From the NCBI GenBank assembly GCA_949948775.1, contig CATLHC010000002.1, positions 20,211 to 84,210 of the forward strand: a stretch of DNA of 64,000 nucleotides, in the 5' to 3' direction. Each line of letters begins with the position of its first letter. The stretch's first letter is position 1. Positions 36,401 through 45,993 of this stretch are shown here, in pieces. The notes beneath the pieces are model-generated. The model was given only the letters and a program-made list of their open reading frames with translations. It searched no databases and was not told where the DNA came from. Made by a program: the position numbers and the translations under genes. This stretch comes from an uncultured Oscillospiraceae bacterium. Lineage in GTDB: Bacteria; Bacillota; Clostridia; Oscillospirales; Oscillospiraceae.

Positions 36401-38948
36401 CAGCGGGACCTCCTACTACTTCCATCTGACAGGTATTTATGACCTGTCTATGGCCAATAACCCGCTGGATCCCTCCCCCTGCGACCTGCCCTTCACCACC
36501 TCCTTCGCCAAGGTGCGGCTGGAGGGCGGCAACACCTGGACCATCACGGCCGCCAAGGACAGCGCGGGCGACATCGATTTTAGCGATGCCACCGCCTTCC
36601 CCAACAAGAACCAGAATACCCCCACCCGCATCGACGCCGTCTTCCAGGCCACGCCCGTCGACAACGACCGGGTGAACCACAGTATCCTCTGGGATATGCT
36701 GATCTGGACCAATACCACCATGACCTTTACCCTTTACTCCAGGCCGATTGAGTATGACGCCAGCGGTGCGCAGGTTGACCATGTGTGGGAGCTGGAGGGC
36801 AAGGAGCTCTCGGTCATCGTGGACCCCAACGACGGTAACGGGGACGGCTACGCCTTCCTCAGCCTGAACCGGATCATCCGCAAGGAGTTGGACCCCGACT
36901 TTGATACGCTTTGGAATATGCAGCCCAGGGAATACGCCATCCACGTGGACAGGCTGGGAACCAACCCCGCCTACAGCACCTGGAACGATCAGAACGTGAA
37001 CTTCCGGATCTCCGTGGTGGCGGATACGGAGAAGGGCTTGCGGGACCTGTCCGCCCTCAGCTTCAAGGACCAGTATGACAAGGCCATCAAGCCCGAAGGC
37101 ACGGTGACCCCCATCGGCAGTCCCGACTTCTACAACTACGCCACCCCCTTCACCGACACCAGCGCCCCCGGTATCTCCGCCCAGTACCCCAGCGTCAGCC
37201 TTACCGACGAGGACGGCGACACCAAGGCGACCATCGGCGTCCGGCTGACCGGCCCCGGCACGCTCTACTACCTGATCTTCCCCCTGACGTCGCTGCAGGA
37301 CAGCAACGGAACCATCAACACCACCCAGAGAAAGCTGACCGAGGCCTTGATTGATGATATCGACGAGCGCTATGACTGCGCCGTGGGCATCAACAAGGTG
37401 GGCGATGCCAAGGCCAAGGTGGAAGAGATCCCAATCATGTACAACGACCCCAATTTCACCTCGGTGGCGGACAGCAAAAAACCGACCACGACTACCGCCA
37501 ACGGCGTGAGCGCCTCGCAGGGACTGCTGGCCTCCATTCCCATCGTCACCGACGTGACCACGGAGGAGTATGACAGCGGCATCGTGGCCCAGGACTCCAT
37601 CCGGTACAACACCGGCGGGACCACGCGGTACATCAACCTGGAGGAACTAGACCCCAATACCATCTACGCGGTCTGCCTGGTGACCAGGGGCGTGTCCGCC
37701 ACCTATTCGTCCAACGTTCAGATCTTCCGTTTCACCACCAAGGAGGCCATCCGGCCCACCATCGACATCAACGGCGCCACCTCCACTTCGGTCAACGTCA
37801 ACCTGGACCGCCGCAGCGAGCTGTGGTATCGTCTGGCCGACAACGGCTCGGAGGGCACCCGCCTTCAGCAGATGTTTTACAGTCAGGTGGACGCGACAAA
37901 TACGTCTAATACTTGGGTCGTCAACTCCAGTGGTGCGGTTGATACCTCTAACGCTTGGAAGAAGCCGACGCCGACAGGAAGCGGCTCAGATCTGGTGTAC
38001 AAGGGAGACTTCAGCAATTCTAACTATTCATTCTCCTTCAGCGAAAAATCAATTGAACGGATGACGATTATAGACGCCATGGCCACCCCCTGCTACCGCA
38101 CCAATACCAGCGGAAACAACTATGTGGGCAGCGTGTTTGATGTCTTCGCCAGCGAGAACGCGAAGAGCACCTTTGCCGGCATCATCCAGGGCAACGCCAT
38201 TCAGGGTGAGTCGCTGGCCATGTTTGGCCATAACACCTATCCGGCGGGCGACAACAGCATTGCCTGCACGGGTATGAAGCCTGGTGTCTTCTACACCTTC
38301 CTGACCGTGGGCAAAGGCGCCACCGGCTCGGGCTTCTCGTTCCGCGCCTACTACTCCGTCCGGCCCGCGGATAACGACAATCCGACGCTTGAGGGCGTCT
38401 CCCGCGGCGGAAGCTGGACGGTGACGGCGGACGACAAGCTGCCGAATACCGCCACGCTGACCCTGAACTTCTCCGAGGGGCTGTGGGCGGCGGACACCGG
38501 CTCCGGTTCCTCTCCCTCAACGCAGACCATCTACGCCGTCGATAACTGCGTCGGAAACGCACATACACCCATTAAGACCGGAGATTTCTTCCCGCTAGGC
38601 AACATCATCCGCTGTGACAGCGGCATTGAACCGGTCTACACAGCTCACTCGGCCAATACGCCCAGGACCGGTATCAGAGATATTACGCTGAAGCTGAGTG
38701 ACTTCAAGGTAGATACGATCTATAACGTCAGCTTTAACACCGCGATCTGTGATGAGGCCAAGAACAACATCAACAGGAACCTTCGCATCTCAATCCAGTA
38801 CGTGAAAATACAGACCAATCCGGGGGCCACTGTGCCCGATCCCCTCCCGGATGATCCTAATCACACCAAGCCCGCCGATCCCACGTACCGCTATGAACTG
38901 CGGGTCACCCCGTCCAATACCAACTGGGGCAGCCCAATCGTTCAATAA
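33450..38948 (+). CDS. Giant S-layer-homology (SLH) surface protein, N-terminal SLH x3 plus repeated beta-sandwich-like domains
   Basis: Signal peptide (..VTAHAA), ITRAEF / LTREQA / ITRGEV SLH motifs, repeated D.T.P junctions; ATG at 33450 after GAAAGGA. Confidence 0.9.
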   Translation: MSKHPSNDTKRNLLRRGLAGVLTLALLLSLLPGTLVTAHAASWADPYVETLVEWGVMRGDVGGNMAPDRSITRAEFVTMMNRAYGYTKLGSMPFTDVRVRDWYYEDINIGYNIGYFQGTSPTTAEPNSSLTREQAAVLLARNMALQETVGETLGFSDTRTLSDWSRGLVGAAAENGIISGYEDGSFRPAANITRGEVAAMLVRAIGTPIQEAGDHSLGNVYGNVTVNTSGVKLRDGVIVGNLYLTGGIDLGDILLENITVLGEIIVSGGGESNSSQSSIIMRNVVADNMVVDSIGDQFITIRAEGNTDIPTTTVRTSAYVDDSSLPGYGLSFITLDGENGALYQLAGNIKEVLNKTPGSSLQVVQGTADKVTVDEYATGSSVLVDGDAVVGELDLDVATNVTGTGDIKNLNVGAAGSTVEQLPDKIDIRPGIDADINGGSMNSSQAAESSSDPKLLAGYPAVKNIAPTSATLVFQTNKSGTIYWAVSVVADGSVSEADLLEPPSYGNKIVASGNLRAASANTDYTAAVARLTSGGSYYVTAMLVDGRDQHSPIKVTSFTTPDNTVPAFAAGYPVMSKVTCDEAQVTVMTTKSCLLYYALLPAGAAAPTPNEFKAAAVPGNLGYGSMSVTKNVTIPFPVNSRRLDEKTNYVLYLWLTDHDGAQSARSVTALRFTTPDETPPVVTDIIQTGETASSIRAEYTIDEPANLIWAIVTEAEHLSKKFLQWDDETFNNPNDEEHSILQFDDEASLLAAKVKMQSGTGALQKGEQRTSPLNINNLLTQNTHTSSYVLYYMAHDHATATGNLSTQIKAVRVYTVDEVNPTAKLRFTNPDNTQVDEDPQLTADISIIFSENVRGGTKKGENVFLSLYRDMEKFREEWQKDDPNSTTSQQYQNYESARSKLATALATYITMYSGTPSGAHTEIKRCDDKNSPITDKNTAAGTWIDWRCAVVEPLDDGSVEVRLPGPKVNDDGTYDYSESGVKLDSGTSYYFHLTGIYDLSMANNPLDPSPCDLPFTTSFAKVRLEGGNTWTITAAKDSAGDIDFSDATAFPNKNQNTPTRIDAVFQATPVDNDRVNHSILWDMLIWTNTTMTFTLYSRPIEYDASGAQVDHVWELEGKELSVIVDPNDGNGDGYAFLSLNRIIRKELDPDFDTLWNMQPREYAIHVDRLGTNPAYSTWNDQNVNFRISVVADTEKGLRDLSALSFKDQYDKAIKPEGTVTPIGSPDFYNYATPFTDTSAPGISAQYPSVSLTDEDGDTKATIGVRLTGPGTLYYLIFPLTSLQDSNGTINTTQRKLTEALIDDIDERYDCAVGINKVGDAKAKVEEIPIMYNDPNFTSVADSKKPTTTTANGVSASQGLLASIPIVTDVTTEEYDSGIVAQDSIRYNTGGTTRYINLEELDPNTIYAVCLVTRGVSATYSSNVQIFRFTTKEAIRPTIDINGATSTSVNVNLDRRSELWYRLADNGSEGTRLQQMFYSQVDATNTSNTWVVNSSGAVDTSNAWKKPTPTGSGSDLVYKGDFSNSNYSFSFSEKSIERMTIIDAMATPCYRTNTSGNNYVGSVFDVFASENAKSTFAGIIQGNAIQGESLAMFGHNTYPAGDNSIACTGMKPGVFYTFLTVGKGATGSGFSFRAYYSVRPADNDNPTLEGVSRGGSWTVTADDKLPNTATLTLNFSEGLWAADTGSGSSPSTQTIYAVDNCVGNAHTPIKTGDFFPLGNIIRCDSGIEPVYTAHSANTPRTGIRDITLKLSDFKVDTIYNVSFNTAICDEAKNNINRNLRISIQYVKIQTNPGATVPDPLPDDPNHTKPADPTYRYELRVTPSNTNWGSPIVQ

Positions 38949-39058
38949 CAGCTGGGCGGTGCGATCATCACCCAACTGCACCACACCCCGGGAGCGGGCG
39001 GAACCCCGCCCGCTCCCCGCTTTGAAATGACTTCCCAGCAAAAAAGGAGTATTGAGAT

Positions 39059-42000
39059 ATGAAACACAACCTTTTGCGCCGCCTGTCCGCCTTCTCCCTG
39101 GCGCTGGTCATGGCGGCGTCCTTGTGCCTCACCCCCGCGTGGGCGGCGCCGGGTGATCCGGATGCGACCAACCCGACGCCGGTTGAGCCCGATCCGAATA
39201 CGTTCGCGATCAGTACGGAAGTGATTGTCTTTCCGGTACCCGCCACGCCCTACACGCTGACCGCCTCCGGAGTGCCCGAGGACCTTTATGTAAAATGGGA
39301 GGCGCCCAGCGGCGTACAGATAAATAATTCTTCGGGCACCGTCATCACGCAGGTGGCGGCGGGCAAGACCACAAGCAGCGTCACCGTCACCGCCACGGGC
39401 CGTGTCTCCGCAGCGGATATTAAGGTGACGGCGTGTAAGGATGAGAAGGGCGATGATCCGTATACGAAGACACTGCACTGTTACGCGTACAGCGAGGGGA
39501 ATTCCCCTTTGAGTATTCCCGACGCGCTCCCTGAGCTGACGGTCGGCGAGGAAAAACGGCCGCTTTTTTCCTATACCGCCGGTACGCCCCAAGCGGTCAA
39601 GGACTTTTTTGCCAAGGCGGGCGGCGTAAGCTTCGTGAGCATTCCCTCAACCTTTGCGGATACCAGCGTCGCGGCTGAGGACAGCGGCTACCGCGTAACG
39701 ATCAATCCAAAGCAAAGCGGAACCGGCTCTTTCCGCATGACTTTGCCGGGCGGGTTCAGCAAGCTGTGGAGCAATGTGACCATCAACCCGGCTCCCGGCA
39801 CCATCCCCGTCGAAACCGTGACGCTGGAGACCGATTACCTCTCGATGACCGCCAAGGATACCCACGACCCCTTGAAGGTCACCGTCAAGCCGGACGACGC
39901 CACCAACAAAACGGTCATCTGGCGCAGCAACGACTCCAATGTCGTTCGGGTGAATACAACCACCGGTGAGATTACCGCCGTGGGGGAGGGCAGGACTTCG
40001 ATTTATGCAACGGCCGATCGCGTGAGGTCCAACGAGTGCATTGTGGAAGTGAAGGCCGCGCCCAACAGCGTCACACTAGACCACACCACGCTGCAGCTGA
40101 ATGCCGCCTCCCCCAATATAAATGATAAAAGAGTGCGGCTTAAAGCCACAGGCGATCCCGCGGCGCGCACGACATATGCCTGGCGCACCAGCAACGCGGC
40201 CGTCGCCGATTTTAACGGCGCGAGCACCGCGACCGGCCCCAATCCCTTCGTCCTCGGCAAGAAGGAGGGCACCGCCGTCATCATGGTCACGGCGACCTTT
40301 GCCGACAAGACGACGGCCACCGCCCAATGCACGGTCACCGTCCTTGACGCCAACTCGAAGCCCGTCAACCGGATCACGCTGAGCGAGGACAGCCACAGCA
40401 TGCCTGAGGACGGCTCCTTCAATCTGTCCGTGACCTCCTTTGACCCCGCCAACGTCCTTGACAAGTCCGTCGCCTGGACGAACAGCGCCCGCGACGTGGT
40501 GGAACTGGAAACCGTGAACCAGACGACCGTCAAGGTCAAGGCCCAAAAGGCGGGCACGGCCCGGATCACCGCCACCGCGAATTTCGGCGGCGCGAACAAA
40601 ATCTGCGCGGTCACCGTCACCCCCAAGGCCGAGAACATCACCCTCAGCGGCTTTACCTGGGTGAACAACACCCCGGGGACCAACAAATATACCTATACCT
40701 TTGGAAACACCGGCAATGACTACATCAACGTCCGCGCCAACCTTGCCCCCACCGGCGCCGCCGATCCCATCCACTGGGCCAGCAAGAACCCCGCCGTGGC
40801 CACCGTGTCCAACACCACCGGTACCCAGGCGGCGGTGACGGCGGTGGGTCCGGGCCAGACCACCATCACCGCCGTTCCCATGGACCCCGCCGGGAAGGAC
40901 CGGGTACTGGAATCCGGCGCCGCTGAGATTACTGTTACCGTCTCCGGCATCAGCATCGTGAACGACGACCTGGCCGCCCTCAGCTCCCTCACGCTGATGG
41001 AGAACCAGCGGCGGCAGATTCAGGCCCAGGCCTTCGGCTCCGCCTATACCGGCGACCACTCCGTGGACTGGACCTCCAGCGACCCGTCGGTGGTGACGGT
41101 CAGCTCGAAGTCCGGCGCCACCACCACGCTCACCGGCATTAGGGCGGGCAAGGCCACCATCACCGCCCGCAAGGGCTCCTATGTCGCCACCTGCTCCATC
41201 ACGGTGACGGAGGACACCGCGGGCCTCATCACCGTGTCCACCGCGCCGGGCGTGGCCTATCAGTTCAAAAACATTGCAAGTAGCCTTGATTCCGCCTGCC
41301 GAACCAAGACCGGCGCGGGCCTGTCCTACGTCACCAACCTGTCGGTGTCTTCCACCGACCAGGGCATCCTCCACGACCAGCACCATTCCTCCGCCGACAC
41401 CGGCGCGGGCGTAGGCGTCCAGGACCGGTATTATCCGGACCCCGCCCCCCAGGGACAGCGGGCCTTGAGCGATCTGTCCTTTGTGCCCAGGAATACGTTC
41501 AGCGGCACCGCTGAGATCAGCTACACCGCCTGGTCCACCAACAATCAGAGCGTCAACGGCATCATCCATGTCACCGTCAACGGCACGGGCGATGTGTCCT
41601 ATGCCTCCAATGAGGGTTCCCCCGTCACCTTCCTGGCGGACGACTTCAACATCTATCATCCCAATCTGCGCTCGGTGACCTTTACCCTGCCCCTGGAAAG
41701 CCGGGGCACACTGTATTACGGCTATACCAGCGCCAGCCAGCCCGGCACGAAGGTCGCCGCCGGCGCCGCTTACTACCGCACCGGCACCCCCAGCCTGGAC
41801 CGGGTGTCCTTTGTGCCCGCCAGCGGCTATCAGGGCACCGTCACCATCAGCTACACCGCCACGGATACCTCCGGCCGGACCACGCCCGGCAGGGTGACCA
41901 TCACCGTCGGCGGCGGAGGTGGAACCAGCGCTCCCGGCGACATCTATTACCCTGTGGCGGAGGACAGCTGGGTCACCTTCAAGCCCTCGGACTTCAGCAA

Positions 42001-43549
42001 TGCCAGCCGTTCCGTCCTGGGCGAGACCTTGTCCTATGTGCGCTTCAGCCTGCCCCCCTCCAGCGACGGCACCCTGTTCTACAATTACCGGGGCTTTGGC
42101 AGCTATGACGGCGCCGTGAGTCCCACCACCAGCTATTACTACAGCGGCACGCCCGCCCTGAGCGGCGTTTCCTTCGTGCCCACGACCACCACGCCCAGCC
42201 AGGTGGACATTTCCTACACGGGCTACACCGTCCGGGGGAATACCTTCACCGGCACCATTCACATCGGCCAAAGCGGCACGACGCAGCCGGGCGGTCTGCG
42301 CTACACCGTGTTCACCGGCAAATCGGTGAGCTTCATCGCCGCCGACTTCAACGCCGCCTGCGTCGCCGCCACCGGGGCCAGCCTGAGCTACGTGCAGTTC
42401 TCGCCGCTGCCCGCCGTGGGCAGCGGGACCCTGCGCTACCACTACGCCAACAGCAGCTATAACAACTCCCTGAGCACCAGCACCAGGTGCTATTACAGCT
42501 CTGGCTCCGGTACCAATACGGTGCTGCTCAGCAACGTCTCCTTCCTGGCCAACAACAGCTTTACCGGGACGGTGACCATCCCCTTCACAGGCTATAACAC
42601 CAACAACGTCTCCTTTACCGGCGAGGTGGTCATCGACGTAACGCCGCCCACCTCCGGGGATTCGGTGTATTACGGCACCACGGCCAGGCCCCTCGCGCTG
42701 TCCTCCTCCCGGATGCGTTCCGCCTGCAGCGACGTGCTGGACGGCACCTTGTCCTACATCACCTTCACTGGTCTGCCCAGCGCCTCCGCCGGAAAGCTGT
42801 ACCTGAACTACAGCGGGTTCGGAACCGGCACGCAGGTGAACACCGGCACCCGGTATTACGTCTCCGGCTCTCCCAGCATTGACCAGATCAGCTTTGTCCC
42901 CAGGGGCCGGTACACCGGCCAGGTGTCCGTGGGCTACACCGCCACCAACACCAGCGGGAAGAGCGTCAACGGGCTCATCACCTTCAACATTACCAGCAGC
43001 GGCAATTCCACCTACTTCAGCGACATGGGCTACCACACCTGGGCCGGTCCGGCGGTGGACTACCTGTATCAGAACGGGGTGACCAACGGCGTCACAGCCT
43101 CGACCTATGGCCCTGAGACGCATATTCTGCGCTGCGACTTTGTGCTCATGCTGTGCCGGGCCTTCCACTTCACCGGCGGCAGCGGCTACAGCTTCGCGGA
43201 CGTGCCTGTCAACGCCTACTATGCCGACGCGGTGGCTACCGCCAAGCAGCTGGGCATTGTCAACGGCGACGGCGTCAACTTCATGCCCAACAGTGAGCTG
43301 ACCCGTCAGGACGCCATGGTGATGTTCAAAAACGCCCTGGACGCCGCGCACTGGAACGTGGGCAGCGCCTCGACCTCGGTTTTGAGCACCTTCCCCGACG
43401 GCGCGTCCGTGGCCGGGTACGCCCGCAGTGCGGTGAGCACCCTGGTACAGCTGGGCGCGGTGAGCGGCGACAACGGAATGCTCTATCCGTATAACCCCAT
43501 TACCCGGGCTGAGGCGGCGGTGATCCTCCACTTTGTCATGACGATGTGA
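39059..43549 (+). CDS. Giant surface protein: Ig-like (Big_2) repeats, tandem cadherin-like repeats, C-terminal SLH x3
   Basis: Signal peptide; repeated V.W.S.D/N..V..V..G..TITA Big_2 units; repeated F..DF..AC..LSYV.F..P..GTL.Y units; ILRCDF / LTRQDA / ITRAEA SLH motifs. Confidence 0.9.
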   Translation: MKHNLLRRLSAFSLALVMAASLCLTPAWAAPGDPDATNPTPVEPDPNTFAISTEVIVFPVPATPYTLTASGVPEDLYVKWEAPSGVQINNSSGTVITQVAAGKTTSSVTVTATGRVSAADIKVTACKDEKGDDPYTKTLHCYAYSEGNSPLSIPDALPELTVGEEKRPLFSYTAGTPQAVKDFFAKAGGVSFVSIPSTFADTSVAAEDSGYRVTINPKQSGTGSFRMTLPGGFSKLWSNVTINPAPGTIPVETVTLETDYLSMTAKDTHDPLKVTVKPDDATNKTVIWRSNDSNVVRVNTTTGEITAVGEGRTSIYATADRVRSNECIVEVKAAPNSVTLDHTTLQLNAASPNINDKRVRLKATGDPAARTTYAWRTSNAAVADFNGASTATGPNPFVLGKKEGTAVIMVTATFADKTTATAQCTVTVLDANSKPVNRITLSEDSHSMPEDGSFNLSVTSFDPANVLDKSVAWTNSARDVVELETVNQTTVKVKAQKAGTARITATANFGGANKICAVTVTPKAENITLSGFTWVNNTPGTNKYTYTFGNTGNDYINVRANLAPTGAADPIHWASKNPAVATVSNTTGTQAAVTAVGPGQTTITAVPMDPAGKDRVLESGAAEITVTVSGISIVNDDLAALSSLTLMENQRRQIQAQAFGSAYTGDHSVDWTSSDPSVVTVSSKSGATTTLTGIRAGKATITARKGSYVATCSITVTEDTAGLITVSTAPGVAYQFKNIASSLDSACRTKTGAGLSYVTNLSVSSTDQGILHDQHHSSADTGAGVGVQDRYYPDPAPQGQRALSDLSFVPRNTFSGTAEISYTAWSTNNQSVNGIIHVTVNGTGDVSYASNEGSPVTFLADDFNIYHPNLRSVTFTLPLESRGTLYYGYTSASQPGTKVAAGAAYYRTGTPSLDRVSFVPASGYQGTVTISYTATDTSGRTTPGRVTITVGGGGGTSAPGDIYYPVAEDSWVTFKPSDFSNASRSVLGETLSYVRFSLPPSSDGTLFYNYRGFGSYDGAVSPTTSYYYSGTPALSGVSFVPTTTTPSQVDISYTGYTVRGNTFTGTIHIGQSGTTQPGGLRYTVFTGKSVSFIAADFNAACVAATGASLSYVQFSPLPAVGSGTLRYHYANSSYNNSLSTSTRCYYSSGSGTNTVLLSNVSFLANNSFTGTVTIPFTGYNTNNVSFTGEVVIDVTPPTSGDSVYYGTTARPLALSSSRMRSACSDVLDGTLSYITFTGLPSASAGKLYLNYSGFGTGTQVNTGTRYYVSGSPSIDQISFVPRGRYTGQVSVGYTATNTSGKSVNGLITFNITSSGNSTYFSDMGYHTWAGPAVDYLYQNGVTNGVTASTYGPETHILRCDFVLMLCRAFHFTGGSGYSFADVPVNAYYADAVATAKQLGIVNGDGVNFMPNSELTRQDAMVMFKNALDAAHWNVGSASTSVLSTFPDGASVAGYARSAVSTLVQLGAVSGDNGMLYPYNPITRAEAAVILHFVMTM

Positions 43550-43588
43550 GCGGCCCTGTGAACATCACAGAAAAAGGAGGTCCTCAAT

Positions 43589-44266
43589 ATGAGCGATGTA
43601 CCGGCGCCCAAACCCGGTGAAACCCAGACCATTGAGCTCTGGCCCGGCATGGTGGCGGAGGTGATGACCCCGGAGAACCGCCTGATCTATGTGGGCAAGG
43701 TGGAAAAGATCCAAAACGGGGGCGTGTACATCCGAGAAGCCAGCGGCGACACGCTGCCGATGGTGCTGGTGAACAAGCCGGTCAAGGTGCGCTTTTACCG
43801 GGAAGAGGACAATATCGTGCTGCACGGCAAGGTGTGCGGCAGCACAATAAAAATGTGGAAAATCGATCGGCTGGAAAGCGCCTTCGCCAAGGAAAAGCGG
43901 GCCTTCTTCCGCCAGAGCATCAGCGTGAACGTCCAGGCCCGCTGCGGCAAGCGCCTCAACCGGGGCGGGCCGCCCAGCGTGTTTTTTCCCTGCCAGGTGC
44001 TGGACATCAGCGCGGGCGGCATGCTGATCAGCTGCGCGGAGATCTATATCGAGGGCGAACGGCTGGTGATCACTGAGGTCCCGCTGGTGGCGGAGGCCCC
44101 CACCTTCACATTCAACTGCCAGATCCAGCGGGCGGGGGAGTGGCAAAAGGGCGTGAACCGCTACGGCTGCCGCTTTGAGTCCCTGTCCCCTCGGGACCAG
44201 GACCGGCTCCTTCAGGCCATCTTCACCATCCAGCGTGAGGAGATCCGCAAGCGCAAGGCGCGCTGA
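43589..44266 (+). CDS. PilZ-domain protein (YcgR/MotI-like two-domain architecture)
   Basis: N-terminal beta domain, then EKRAFFR and DISAGG motifs. Confidence 0.88.
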   Translation: MSDVPAPKPGETQTIELWPGMVAEVMTPENRLIYVGKVEKIQNGGVYIREASGDTLPMVLVNKPVKVRFYREEDNIVLHGKVCGSTIKMWKIDRLESAFAKEKRAFFRQSISVNVQARCGKRLNRGGPPSVFFPCQVLDISAGGMLISCAEIYIEGERLVITEVPLVAEAPTFTFNCQIQRAGEWQKGVNRYGCRFESLSPRDQDRLLQAIFTIQREEIRKRKAR

Positions 44267-44285
44267 GCCGCTGCAAACCGTCAAA

Positions 44286-44336
44286 ACAGGCGAGAGCCTC
44301 GTCCCCCACTGGGGGGCGGGGCTCTCGTCGTTTTCC
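44286..44336 (+). terminator. Intrinsic terminator after second PilZ gene
   Basis: GGCGAGAGCCTCGTCCCCC-act-GGGGGGCGGGGCTCTCGTC followed by GTTTT. Confidence 0.7.
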
Positions 44337-44542
44337 ACAAGGATATTTCGAAAAAATATCGAATTTTGCATATTTTCTTTTTTGATAACTGGTAATCTCC
44401 CTATATACTCGGAAAATCAGAAGAAAAACTTGTGAAAAAAACCACTTGTTTTCCGCCGGGAAATGTCTATAATTAAGCAAAAGCTGGGGCCTGGCCCCAG
44501 GGAGGCAAATCCATTACCCCGCCTTGGAAGGAGGCAATCACT

Positions 44543-45946
44543 ATGACCAAAGACCTTACCTCGGGCAGCCCGATGCGGCTGATCCTGGGCTTTACCCTGC
44601 CCACCCTGTTCGGGTTGCTGTTTCAGCAGTTCTATAACCTGGTGGACGCCATGATCGTAGGTCGGCTGCTGGGCGCGCAGGCCCTGGGCGCCGTGGGCGC
44701 CACCGGCTCCATCAACTTCTTCGTCATCGGCTTTTGCCTGGGGGTGTGCTCCGGCTTCGCCATCCCCGTGGCCCAGCGCATGGGCGCGAAAGACTATCCT
44801 CAGATGCGCCGGTATGTGGCCAATGCTGCCTATCTGTCCGCCCTGATCGCGCTGGTGCTCACGGTGGCCACCGGCGTTTTCTGCCGGGACATCCTCACCG
44901 CCATGAAGACCCCCTCCGACCTCTTTGAAGACGCCAACGCCTATATTTTCATCATCTTCATGGGCATCCCGGTGGTATTCCTCTACAACCTGCTGGCCAG
45001 CGTCATCCGCGCCCTGGGCGACAGCCGGACGCCGGTATATTTCCTGGCCCTGTCCGCCGGACTGAACATCGCGCTGGATTTGGTGTTTATCCTCTGCTTC
45101 CAGGCCGGGGTGGCCGGGGCCGCCGTTGCCACGGTTCTGTCCCAGGCGGTGTCGGGCATCGCCTGCCTGATCTATATGGTGAAAAAGTTCCCTATCCTCC
45201 GGGTCACCCGGGAGGAGCGGCAGCTCGACTGGGCGTCCTGCAAGGGCCTGTGCGCCATGGGCCTGCCCATGGGCCTGCAGTACTCCATCACCGCCATCGG
45301 CTCCATCGTGCTGCAGACCTCCGTGAACGCTTTGGGCAGCGTCTATGTCACCGCCATCTCCACCGGCACCAAGGTATACCAGCTGCTGGCCTGCCCCTTT
45401 GACGCGATGGGCGCCGCCATGGCAACCTACTGCGGGCAGAACGTGGGGGCCAATCAGCTGGACCGCCTGAACCAAGGGGTGCGGTCCTGCTCCCTGCTGG
45501 GGCTGGGCTACTCCGCCGCCGCCCTGGTGGGCATGCTCCTCTTCGCGCCTCAGTGCGTTATGCTGTTTCTCAGCTCCACCGAGCCTCAGCTGGAGCTGCT
45601 GCTGGGCCTGACCAACCAGTATATCCTCGTACTCACCGCGTTCTTCTTCCCCCTGGCTCTGGTGAACATCCTGCGCTTTTCCATCCAGGGTATGGGCTTC
45701 AGCACCCTGGCCATCCTGGCCGGCGTGCTGGAGATGATCGCACGGACCGTGGTGGGCCACTTCTTCGTCCCCAACCTGGGTTACACCGCCGCCTGCTTTG
45801 CCTCTCCCGCGGCTTGGATCTGCGCGGACCTGTTTCTCATCCCCGCCTGCCTGGGCTGCATCGCCCACCTGAAGCGGAGCAATCCCACCGCCGCGCTGGA
45901 GACCCTCTCCAGGACGATGGCCAAGATCAAGCCCGCCAAGGCATAA
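44543..45946 (+). CDS. MATE-family efflux transporter
   Basis: DLTSGSP..QQFYNLVDAMIVG..RALGDSRTP..NIALDL..GQNVGA; about 12 TM. Confidence 0.95.
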   Translation: MTKDLTSGSPMRLILGFTLPTLFGLLFQQFYNLVDAMIVGRLLGAQALGAVGATGSINFFVIGFCLGVCSGFAIPVAQRMGAKDYPQMRRYVANAAYLSALIALVLTVATGVFCRDILTAMKTPSDLFEDANAYIFIIFMGIPVVFLYNLLASVIRALGDSRTPVYFLALSAGLNIALDLVFILCFQAGVAGAAVATVLSQAVSGIACLIYMVKKFPILRVTREERQLDWASCKGLCAMGLPMGLQYSITAIGSIVLQTSVNALGSVYVTAISTGTKVYQLLACPFDAMGAAMATYCGQNVGANQLDRLNQGVRSCSLLGLGYSAAALVGMLLFAPQCVMLFLSSTEPQLELLLGLTNQYILVLTAFFFPLALVNILRFSIQGMGFSTLAILAGVLEMIARTVVGHFFVPNLGYTAACFASPAAWICADLFLIPACLGCIAHLKRSNPTAALETLSRTMAKIKPAKA

Positions 45947-45950
45947 CAAT

Positions 45951-45980
45951 AGCGCTTCGGGAAATTCCCGAAGCGCTTTT
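45951..45980. terminator. Terminator between MATE and convergent gene
   Basis: AGCGCTTCGGGA-aa-TTCCCGAAGCGCT followed by TTT. Confidence 0.75.
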
Positions 45981-45993
45981 CACTTGCCGCTCT

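Noticed and set aside
1-44266. Absence of fliC, cheY and mot genes
   Set aside because: The cluster continues beyond the left edge and flagellins are often elsewhere, so the absence is not informative
44480-44540. Possible c-di-GMP riboswitch (GGCAAA) upstream of MATE
   Set aside because: Lacks the GEMM P2/GNRA-receptor architecture; only a short hairpin
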